Program-made: the position numbers and the translations under genes
From: an archaeon
GTDB lineage: Archaea; Iainarchaeota; Iainarchaeia; Iainarchaeales; 1-14-0-10-31-34
Reading direction: 5' to 3'
DNA length: 23,050 nt
Assembly (NCBI GenBank): GCA_043815885.1
Contig: JBDRIL010000011.1
Coordinates: forward strand, 1 to 23,050
Notes under the pieces: generated by a model
The model's database searches: none
Seen by the model: the letters and a program-made list of their open reading frames with translations, nothing else
What the model was told of the DNA's origin: nothing
Part shown: one piece after another, positions 9,492 through 16,757 of the stretch
Layout: every line of letters begins with the position of its first letter
Numbering within the stretch: the first letter of the stretch is position 1

Positions 9492-10034
9492 ATGAAGATT
9501 CTTGCTGTTTGCGGTTCGCCGAGGAAGGGAAATACTGAGGCAATGCTGAAAAGGATACTGGATGGAGCAAAAGGGAATGGAACGGAAATTGAATTAGTGT
9601 TGCTTAGGGATAAAGACATTAAGCTCTGTGATGGTTTGGCTCAGTGTGAAAACACTCATTCCTGCGTGATTCAGGATGAAATGATTCCTCTTTACGGGAA
9701 AATATTTGCTGCTGATTTAATTGTTTTGGGTTCGCCTACTTACTTCAATAATGTTTCTGCCTTAATGAAGAACTTTATTGACAGAATGAATCCTTTCTGG
9801 GAGGATGAAAGGCTGAAGGGAAAAAGGGTTGTGTTGGTTTCTGTTGGCGGGCAGGGAGGGAGTTCAGTTAAAAAATGCGAGAATGCAATGAGGGAGTTCT
9901 GTGAAATCTGCAGAATGAAGGTAATTGATTCCCTCAGAGCAAAGGCTGATTCTCAGAATCAGGCTCAAAAGAACGAGAAATTAATGAAGAAATGCTTTGA
10001 GTTTGGGAAAAAGTTGGCAGAAAGAAAGAATTAA
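9492..10034 (+). CDS. Flavodoxin-like / NADPH-dependent FMN reductase (iron-sulfur flavoprotein-like)
   Basis: MKILAVCGSPRKGNTE, a Cys cluster CDGLAQCENTHSC and LGSPTYFNNVSALMKNFIDR. Confidence 0.88.
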   Translation: MKILAVCGSPRKGNTEAMLKRILDGAKGNGTEIELVLLRDKDIKLCDGLAQCENTHSCVIQDEMIPLYGKIFAADLIVLGSPTYFNNVSALMKNFIDRMNPFWEDERLKGKRVVLVSVGGQGGSSVKKCENAMREFCEICRMKVIDSLRAKADSQNQAQKNEKLMKKCFEFGKKLAERKN

Positions 10035-10060
10035 TTTAAAACAGTTTTCTTTTACTTTAA

Positions 10061-10150
10061 TATCAAAAGACATTAAAAAAGTTTTATAATTAATGTCTTT
10101 TGATAGTTATCAAAGGACAAAAATATGGAAACAAAATTTGTCCTTTGATA
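10061..10150. repeat. Double-hairpin element, copy 1
   Basis: TATCAAAAGACATTAA(10061-76), 13-nt loop, TTAATGTCTTTTGATA(10090-105), GT, TATCAAAGGACAAA(10108-21), 15-nt loop, TTTGTCCTTTGATA(10137-50). Confidence 0.92.
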
Positions 10151-10169
10151 TAATTTAGAGTGATGGGAA

Positions 10170-11235
10170 TTGATTGATTTAAACCTTCCAGCAATTTTTG
10201 GGATTCAGGGAGAAAAAATACTTATTGCATTAGTAATTGTTGTAGCTTCTTTTGTTGTTGGAAAAGTCCTTTACTATTTGTTTAAGGTTTGGGGCAGGAA
10301 AATTACTGCTAAAACCCAGAATCGGTTTGATGATGTATTCATTGATATTGTGGAAGAGCCAATTGTATTTATTCTGGTGATAATTGGAATTTTCATTGCA
10401 TTCAGTCAGCTTGGAATAACCAATACTGGAATAATTGATTTATTCAATAAAATTATTGCTACCTTGGTGATTCTTGCTGTTAGCTTCTTTTTGATTAAGC
10501 TTGCTGATGCATTGATTGAATTATTTTTGGTTCCGATTACTGCAAAGACAAAAAGCACTCTGGATGACCAGCTTCTCCCGCTTCTTTCAAAGGGAATTAA
10601 ATTAATTCTGGGAATCATTGCCCTGATCATTGTTCTGAGTAATTTTGGAATAAATGTTACTGCATTGATTGCTGGATTGGGTATTGGTGGCATTGCTATT
10701 GCTTTTGCTGCTCAGAAAACCATTGAAAACATTTTTGGAGGGGGTTTCTCTCCTTATGGATAAATCCTTCAGAGTAGGAGATAAAATTAAGCTTGAATCA
10801 GGATTGTTTGGAACTGTAAAGGATCTTGGAATCAGAAGCACTAAAATCCAGACTCCTGATAACGAAATAATTGTTATACCTAATTCAATTCTGGCTAATT
10901 CAATACTGCAGAATGCTGCTCTTCCTACCTCCAGAACAAGGGTAAATGTTGATTTCGGTGTAGTGTATGGAAGCAATGTAGAGCAAGTGAAGAAGATTGC
11001 AGTCCAGGCAATAAAGGGAATGAAGGATGTGTTGCCTGAACCTGCCCCGAATGTTGACTTTGTTGCTTTGGGGGATTTTTCACTGAATTTCACTTTAAGG
11101 TTCTGGGTGAAGAGATGGCAGGACGTATGGCCTAACAAATTAGAGGCAAGAAAGAGAGTCTATGAAGCATTGAATAAGGCAAAGATTAACTTTGCTTTCC
11201 CTACCCAGACAGTTCACCTGGAAAAAGGAAGCTAA
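10170..11235 (+). CDS. mscS: Small-conductance mechanosensitive channel MscS (split by a +1 G frameshift at ~10740-10744)
   Basis: First ORF ends ...AGLGIGGIAIAFAAQKTIENIFGG; second frame continues VSLLMDKSFRVGDKI...IGIRST-like...IPNS...FAFPTQTV. Removing one G joins them. Confidence 0.88.
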
Positions 11236-11238
11236 TTA

Positions 11239-11400
11239 GTGACATCCTCCTCACACTAAAGTATGAGGCTTCCGTGGTCGACAACTGAAACACTTTTAGG
11301 AATCTTTCTTTTCACTGCCACGGTTAAGGGCATTGCCACATTGCCCGCTTCACCAAACATATAGCTTGATGAAAAAGTTTTTGCGAGATTTATTGCTGCA
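11239..11400 (-). ncRNA. Putative TnpB omegaRNA (reRNA) scaffold overlapping the tnpB 3' end; 5' boundary approximate
   Basis: Stems GGGCA/TGCCC (11328-11346), CCGTGG/CCACGG (11318-11323 with 11272-11277) and the RE hairpin (11249-11268), ending at TCAC. This is the established position of omegaRNAs. Confidence 0.7.
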
Positions 11401-12494
11401 TTCAAATCAGCGTTCAACTCATAACCACAGTCCTTACACTTAAAAACTGAACCAATTCTATTGCTTTTACTTGTAAAACCACATTTATTGCAACGCTGAG
11501 AACTAAATCTTGGAGAAACGTATGCAACAGGAACGCCATTCCAAGCAGCCTTATATTCAATAAAAAACTGTAACTGCCTGAAACTCCAAGAATGAATCAA
11601 GCCATTAACCTTCTTACTTGACTTCACTCGATTCCTAATATGCTTTAAGTCCTCTAAAACAATTACAGGGTCTTTAACCTGCAGTGCTTGTCTTACGATG
11701 AGCGCACTAACTTTATGATTCAAGTCCTGCATAAAATGTTTCTCCTTATATTTACTCTTTTTTACTCTCCAAAGTTTCTTTAAACGCATTAACTGTCCTC
11801 TGAATTTACTGAAATGCTTTCTAACAGCAATAGCCTGCCTTCCAGAAAAAAACCTTACACTCAAAGGCTTGTCTTTCCAAATCACAGAAGTGGAAATATT
11901 ATTCAAGCCTAAATCAACGCCAACAGGAACACTATTTCTATCCGGTTCTTTTATGATCACCTCCTTTTTAACAACAACATAAAAGAAAAAATCTCTTCCA
12001 CGCTTAACCAAATCAACGCAAGCCATTCCAAGTTCTTTATTCAATAATTTCCTCAAATACCTATATTGATGCCTTTGTCCCAGCAAAGGAACAAATACTC
12101 TGCCAGAACAAGTTGAAATAGAAGCAAAAAACTCAAGCTTGTTATCAGTTTTAATTACTTTAAAAGTTCTAGCATCCAACCTAACAGGAACTCCGTCAGA
12201 AAAAACAGGCACAGAAACCTTTAGACCTTTCTTTTTTCTATTCAAATAAGACTTAAATGCTTCAAAAGCCTTATCCCTAGAAGACTGCAGCAAAGCAGAA
12301 GGCAAAGGAGAAGACTTCCTCAATTCACTATAAGTCAATTGATGCAAAGCATTCCTAGAAACAACTTTTCTCTCAGCCATTACCCTGACATAATAATTCA
12401 ATAACGTCTCATTCTCAGTAAGCAACTCCAAAAATGCTTTCTTAACCTTGGTTGGATTAAACACTTTAACCTTAACAGTTTTAAAAACTTGCAT
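11256..12494 (-). CDS. tnpB: RNA-guided endonuclease TnpB
   Basis: RuvC-I VGVDLG, RuvC-II IVLEDL, zinc finger CNKC..CKDC, RuvC-III NADLNAAIN and WSFRQLQFFIEYKA; catalytic D/E/D are all intact. Confidence 0.95.
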   Translation of the reverse strand: MQVFKTVKVKVFNPTKVKKAFLELLTENETLLNYYVRVMAERKVVSRNALHQLTYSELRKSSPLPSALLQSSRDKAFEAFKSYLNRKKKGLKVSVPVFSDGVPVRLDARTFKVIKTDNKLEFFASISTCSGRVFVPLLGQRHQYRYLRKLLNKELGMACVDLVKRGRDFFFYVVVKKEVIIKEPDRNSVPVGVDLGLNNISTSVIWKDKPLSVRFFSGRQAIAVRKHFSKFRGQLMRLKKLWRVKKSKYKEKHFMQDLNHKVSALIVRQALQVKDPVIVLEDLKHIRNRVKSSKKVNGLIHSWSFRQLQFFIEYKAAWNGVPVAYVSPRFSSQRCNKCGFTSKSNRIGSVFKCKDCGYELNADLNAAINLAKTFSSSYMFGEAGNVAMPLTVAVKRKIPKSVSVVDHGSLIL

Positions 12495-12516
12495 ACAATA
12501 AAAAGAGTGATTAGAG

Positions 12517-12533
12517 GATTATAAACCATTTCG
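12517..12533 (-). promoter_or_regulatory. Putative BRE/TATA promoter for leaderless tnpB
   Basis: Minus strand CGAAATGG-TTTATAA lies about 25 nt upstream of the tnpB ATG. Confidence 0.55.
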
Positions 12534-12684
12534 GGAGAGTAGATTGCCGATGAAATTTTTCTTTCACCAACAATTTTCCCTACAAAACCACGAAAAACCC
12601 TGTTGACTTATTCAACAACCAAAACTGTTGGTTTTTCACGGCTAATTAATAAATTCTTTAGCCCTCTAATTATTAGTGATTGGA

Positions 12685-14583
12685 ATGGAAATAGATTACA
12701 GGGAGACAGGATTGAAGGTAGGATTGGAGGTTCATCAGCAACTGGATACTGGAAAGCTTTTTTGCAGGTGCCCTTCCATTCTGAGAGATGATTCCCCTGA
12801 TACAGTGCTTAACAGAAGATTAAGGCCTGTTGCATCTGAATTGGGGAAGTATGACCCTGCTGCATTGGAAGCATTCAGGAAAGGCTTGAGCTACAAATAC
12901 GAATTTTTTGATGATTCAAATTGTTTGGTTGAAGCAGATGAAGAACCGCCAATGGAAATGGATTCTGAAGCCCTGGGAATTGTTCTCCAGATTGCTTTAA
13001 TGAGTGAATCAAGTATCCTGAATGAACTGCATGTAATGCGGAAACAGGTGATTGACGGTTCAAACACAAGTGGATTCCAGAGGACTGCAATGATTGCATT
13101 GGGAGGAAAATTAAAGCTGAAGAAAAAGGAAATAGGAGTTCAAACAATTGTATTGGAAGAGGATGCTGCCCGTCCAATGAGCAAGAGTGAAAAAGAGATT
13201 GTTTACAGATTGGATAGAATGGGGATTCCGTTAATTGAATTGGCAACTGAACCCGAAATATTTTCTCCAGAAGAAGCAAGGGAAGCAGCTTTGGCAATAG
13301 GAGAATTATTCAGGAGGACAGGAAAGGTAAAGAGGGGTTTAGGTTCAATAAGACAGGACGTAAATATTTCTATTGCAAAGGGAGCAAGGATAGAGGCAAA
13401 AGGAATACAGGAACTGGAATTAATCGGGGAATACGTTAAGGGGGAAGTGGAAAGGCAATTGAATTTACTGGAGGTAAAGAGGGAATTAACAGAGGAAAGA
13501 AATTTGAAGGAAGAAGAATTAAGCTCAAAGGCAATTGAATTAAATGAATTGCTTAAGGATTCAACTTCAAAATTAATTAAGGGAAATCTAAGCAAAGGAA
13601 ACAAAGTGTTGGGAGTGAAATTAAAATCATTTAATGGATTGCTGGGAAAGGAATTGCAGCCCAACAGAAGGCTTGGAACAGAGTTTGCTGATTATGTGAA
13701 GGCAAGAAGCGGACTGAAAGGAATAATTCATTCAGATGAGCTTCCTGCATACGGAATTACCGAAAAAGAGAAAAAAGAAATAAGTGAAAGGCTGGAGTGC
13801 GGGGAAGGAGATGCTTTTGCCTTTGTTTTGGGAGAAAGAGAAAAAGCAGAGAAAGCGATTTCAGTTGTGATTGAGAGAGCAATTTATTGCTTGAAGGGAG
13901 TGCCGGAAGAAACAAGGAATGCGATTGGAGAAGGAAATACCGAATACTCAAGGCCTTTGCCTGGGGCTGCAAGAATGTATCCGGAAACAGACATCAGATT
14001 AATCAGGGTGGATGAAAAGGAATTAGAGGAAATGAAGAAGAACCTTCCTCTGAGTATAGAGCAGAGATATTTATTGTATTTGAATAATTATAAATTGAAT
14101 TCTCAGTTGGCTGAAAAAATGAAGCTAAGCAATTACGCTCCGTTCTATGAGAAACTAGTTGGAAAAGGCCTTGATGCTACAAATTCTGCTGTACTGCTTC
14201 TGGAGGGATTAACGCAATTAAAGAGAGAGAGAATTGCCGTAGAAAAAATCTCCAATGAAATGATTGAAGAGGTTCTTCTTGCATTAAAGGAAGAAAAAAT
14301 TACGAAAGAAGTAATGCTGAAGGTTTTAAGTGAATGGATAAAGAAACCATCCAAAAAATTAAAGGAAGTAATTGATTCCCTTGAACTGGAAAAAATCAGC
14401 GAAAAGGAACTGAAGAAATTAATAAAGGAAGTAATTGAGAAAAATGAAGCTTTATTCAAGACTCCAAATGTAAACATCCAGTCAGCCTTAATGGGAGACG
14501 TAATGATTCAGGTAAAAGGCAGGGCCTCAGGGAAACTAGTGAACAAAATTTTAAGCGAAGAATTAGAGAAGATGGAAAAATGA
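12685..14583 (+). CDS. gatE: Glutamyl-tRNA(Gln) amidotransferase subunit E
   Basis: GLKVGLEVHQQLDTGKLFCRCP, IDGSNTSGFQRT, LEEDAAR, RGLGSIRQDVNISI and RPLPGAARMYPETD; alternative GTG start at 12676. Confidence 0.96.
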   Translation: MEIDYRETGLKVGLEVHQQLDTGKLFCRCPSILRDDSPDTVLNRRLRPVASELGKYDPAALEAFRKGLSYKYEFFDDSNCLVEADEEPPMEMDSEALGIVLQIALMSESSILNELHVMRKQVIDGSNTSGFQRTAMIALGGKLKLKKKEIGVQTIVLEEDAARPMSKSEKEIVYRLDRMGIPLIELATEPEIFSPEEAREAALAIGELFRRTGKVKRGLGSIRQDVNISIAKGARIEAKGIQELELIGEYVKGEVERQLNLLEVKRELTEERNLKEEELSSKAIELNELLKDSTSKLIKGNLSKGNKVLGVKLKSFNGLLGKELQPNRRLGTEFADYVKARSGLKGIIHSDELPAYGITEKEKKEISERLECGEGDAFAFVLGEREKAEKAISVVIERAIYCLKGVPEETRNAIGEGNTEYSRPLPGAARMYPETDIRLIRVDEKELEEMKKNLPLSIEQRYLLYLNNYKLNSQLAEKMKLSNYAPFYEKLVGKGLDATNSAVLLLEGLTQLKRERIAVEKISNEMIEEVLLALKEEKITKEVMLKVLSEWIKKPSKKLKEVIDSLELEKISEKELKKLIKEVIEKNEALFKTPNVNIQSALMGDVMIQVKGRASGKLVNKILSEELEKMEK

Positions 14584-14750
14584 TTAGTCATGCCCCAAAA
14601 AAACAACCATTTAAAAAAATTAATTTTTTGGATTTAGGGTTTGGTGATACTAAAAGATTAAGGGAAATGGCAAGAAGGAAAAGAAGTAAAAATAGAGGAT
14701 TAATGGGGGCAGAATTTGAAAAGCAGAAAGCAAATTGTTTCCTCAACTGA
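14580..14750 (+). pseudogene. Truncated class I SAM-dependent methyltransferase-like fragment (56 aa)
   Basis: ATG overlaps the gatE stop (ATGA). Translation MISHAPKKQPFKKINFLDLGFGDTKRLREMARRKRSKNRGLMGAEFEKQKANCFLN* has a motif-I-like FLDLGFG and a post-I-like LMGAE. Confidence 0.45.
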
Positions 14751-14846
14751 TAAAGGAATTCATTAACGACAAAAAAATCTAGGACGGCAACTTTTTCTAA
14801 TTCAGTATTTTTGTATTGGTGAAACAAAATACTTATAAATTATTTG

Positions 14847-14864
14847 GTATATACCTGTATATAC
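14847..14864 (+). promoter_or_regulatory. Tandem palindromic operator-like sites (GTATATAC x2) just upstream of the ATG at 14866
   Basis: GTATATAC at 14847-14854 and 14857-14864 (10-bp periodicity), downstream of a TATA-like CTTATAAA. Confidence 0.55.
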
Positions 14865-14865
14865 T

Positions 14866-15702
14866 ATGCTTAGGACGATTAATGTTGGGGAAGAGATTGA
14901 AAAAGAAGTTGTCAGGTTTGGGAATGGGAGCATTGTTTACACTCCAAAAAAATGGATCGGAAAGAAAGTTCTGGTTATTTTGGAGGAAAGGCCTTTAGAC
15001 GTAAAAGGAGAGGTAATGGAAATATTGAAGCCGCATCTTGAAAGCGTTAAAGGAGTTTTCCTGCATGGATCTTTTGCCAGAAACGAGCAGACAAGTGATT
15101 CAGATGTCGATGTACTGGTTGTCAGTGACAAGAAATTTAAGTTAGGAAAAGCAGAGAGGTTTGATTTCACTGTAATTGATGAAGAAACCTTGAGGAAGGA
15201 GTTAAAAGGAAGTGACCCTTTCTACATTTATTCTGTTCTCAAGGAAGCCAAACCTATCCTGAATGAAGAACTATTAAAGGAATTAAGGGAAATAAAAATC
15301 AATAAATACGACTTCAAGTGGTTGTTGGAGGAAAGCGAAAGCGCGTTAAAGATTGCTGAAGAATTCTTGAAGCTTGACAAATTACAGAAAAGAAAGAAAC
15401 TTGATTCAATTGCCATAATTTACACCATGATTTTAAGATTGAGGAGACTTTTCTTGGTTAAATGCCTTCTAAAAAACAAGGATTACTCAAACAAAGAATT
15501 CAGGGCATTCCTGAATAAAAAAGGCCTGTCGAAAGAATTGGTTGAAGATTTTTATGACATTTATAGGGCTGAGAGAGATGAACGAAAAACAATGAAAAGT
15601 GTTTCCATTGAAGAGAGTGAAAGATTATGCCAAATAACCAATAATGAAATAAATGAAATGAAAGGGAGTTGGAAAAAATGGCGTCAAAAAAGAAAGCATT
15701 AA
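14866..15702 (+). CDS. DUF2080/AbrB-like domain + MNT nucleotidyltransferase + helical (HEPN-like) C-terminal domain fusion
   Basis: N-terminal EKEVVRFGNGSIVYTPKKWIGKKVLVIL, central FLHGSFARNEQTSDSDVDVLVV and a helical C-terminus with YDIYRAERD. Confidence 0.75.
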   Translation: MLRTINVGEEIEKEVVRFGNGSIVYTPKKWIGKKVLVILEERPLDVKGEVMEILKPHLESVKGVFLHGSFARNEQTSDSDVDVLVVSDKKFKLGKAERFDFTVIDEETLRKELKGSDPFYIYSVLKEAKPILNEELLKELREIKINKYDFKWLLEESESALKIAEEFLKLDKLQKRKKLDSIAIIYTMILRLRRLFLVKCLLKNKDYSNKEFRAFLNKKGLSKELVEDFYDIYRAERDERKTMKSVSIEESERLCQITNNEINEMKGSWKKWRQKRKH

Positions 15703-15845
15703 AAGGGATAAAAAGCATTGAAAAGAGATTAGAAGAACACGAAGAAAAACTCGCTAAAGCAATACCGGAAGAAGGAATGCAGTACTTAACGCGAGACATT
15801 CACAGATTAAAGAAACAAAAAGAGAAAAAAGAAAGGCAATTGTAA
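15678..15845 (+). CDS. Small basic coiled-coil protein (55 aa, below the ORF track threshold)
   Basis: MASKKKALKGIKSIEKRLEEHEEKLAKAIPEEGMQYLTRDIHRLKKQKEKKERQL*. It overlaps the upstream gene end and has GGGAG about 8 nt before the ATG. Confidence 0.7.
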   Translation: MASKKKALKGIKSIEKRLEEHEEKLAKAIPEEGMQYLTRDIHRLKKQKEKKERQL

Positions 15846-15903
15846 AGGAAACCAATCAATTCTAATCCATTAAAAAAACTTTAGTGGCTCTTTATTAATT
15901 GAA

Positions 15904-16746
15904 ATGAATAATTGTTCTTTTGTTTCTTTTTCGGATGCAAGGAAATGCCTGAAGAAGAGGCTTCCTGATTTTCATAAGGGAGAAGCTGGAACAGTGCTTG
16001 TTGTTGGAGGGAGTAAGGACTATATTGGTTCTCCTGCATTGGCTGGATTGAGTGCATTGCGAAGTGGAGTGGATTTAGTGAAGGTTGCTGCCCCGGAGAA
16101 TGCTGCTTACTGCATTAATTGTCTTTCCCTTGATTTGGTTACGGCTAAATTTGACGGAGACTACTTCAATAAAAGCCATGTAAAAGAAATCACTTCTTTA
16201 AGCAAGGAATTTGATTCAGTTCTTTTGGGAAATGGAATCAGCTTGAATAAAGGGACAAGAGAATTCATGAGAAAATTGATTCCAAAAATAAAGAATAATT
16301 TAATTCTTGATGCAGATGCGATAAAGGCAGCAAAAGGATTGAAATTGAAAGGAGTTTTATTGACTCCGCATATGGTTGAATTCAAGGAAGTTTTTGGAGA
16401 AATTCCCCCACTAAAATTAAGTGAGAGAATTAAATTAGTAAAAGAAAAGGCAGGGAAGAGCAATTCAGTTATTTTGTTGAAGGGAAGGATTGACGTAATC
16501 GCTGAAAAGGAAAAAACAAAGCTTAATTCCACTGGCAATGCAAGGATGGCTGTAGCAGGGACAGGAGATGCATTGGCTGGATTAGCTGCAGGGTTTGCTG
16601 CCCAGTGCGGAGACTTATTTGATGCTGCGTGTGCTGCTGCATTTGTGAACGGAAAGGCAGGAGAACTTCTGGCAAGAGAAAAAGGCAATTCATTTATTGC
16701 TTCTGATTTAATTGAAGTTTATCCTAGAATATTAAAGAAAAAATAA
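15904..16746 (+). CDS. nnrD: ADP-dependent NAD(P)H-hydrate dehydratase
   Basis: HKGEAGTVLVVGGS..YIGSP.LAG..ALRSGVDLV, ILDADA, LTPH..EF and MAVAGTGDALAG. Confidence 0.92.
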   Translation: MNNCSFVSFSDARKCLKKRLPDFHKGEAGTVLVVGGSKDYIGSPALAGLSALRSGVDLVKVAAPENAAYCINCLSLDLVTAKFDGDYFNKSHVKEITSLSKEFDSVLLGNGISLNKGTREFMRKLIPKIKNNLILDADAIKAAKGLKLKGVLLTPHMVEFKEVFGEIPPLKLSERIKLVKEKAGKSNSVILLKGRIDVIAEKEKTKLNSTGNARMAVAGTGDALAGLAAGFAAQCGDLFDAACAAAFVNGKAGELLAREKGNSFIASDLIEVYPRILKKK

Positions 16747-16757
16747 AAAAAGGATTA

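Larger units (their letters stand above)
11239..12648 (-). mobile_element. IS200/IS605-family non-autonomous element carrying tnpB only (IS1341-like)
   Basis: Right end on minus strand: GAAG-CCTCATAC-TTTA-GTGTGAGG-AGGATG-TCAC, ending at 11239. Left end follows TTTAT (plus ATAAA 12649-12653) and contains AAAAA-C-CAACAGT-TTTG-GTTGTTG. No tnpA between the ends. Confidence 0.82.

Noticed and set aside
10061..10150. Double-hairpin element as a mini CRISPR or TIGR array
   Set aside because: The boxes alternate in orientation, the loops are only 10-19 nt and are homologous between copies rather than unique spacers, and no cas or Nop-domain gene is in the window.
11239..12648. IStron (group I intron-IS) or IS607-type element
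   Set aside because: Only about 150 bp lie upstream of tnpB, the site is intergenic, the ends carry IS605-type hairpins with TCAC, and there is no serine recombinase.
14588..14827. 79-aa minus-strand ORF between gatE and the MNT fusion
   Set aside because: No motif; the plus-strand ORF coupled to gatE explains the region better.
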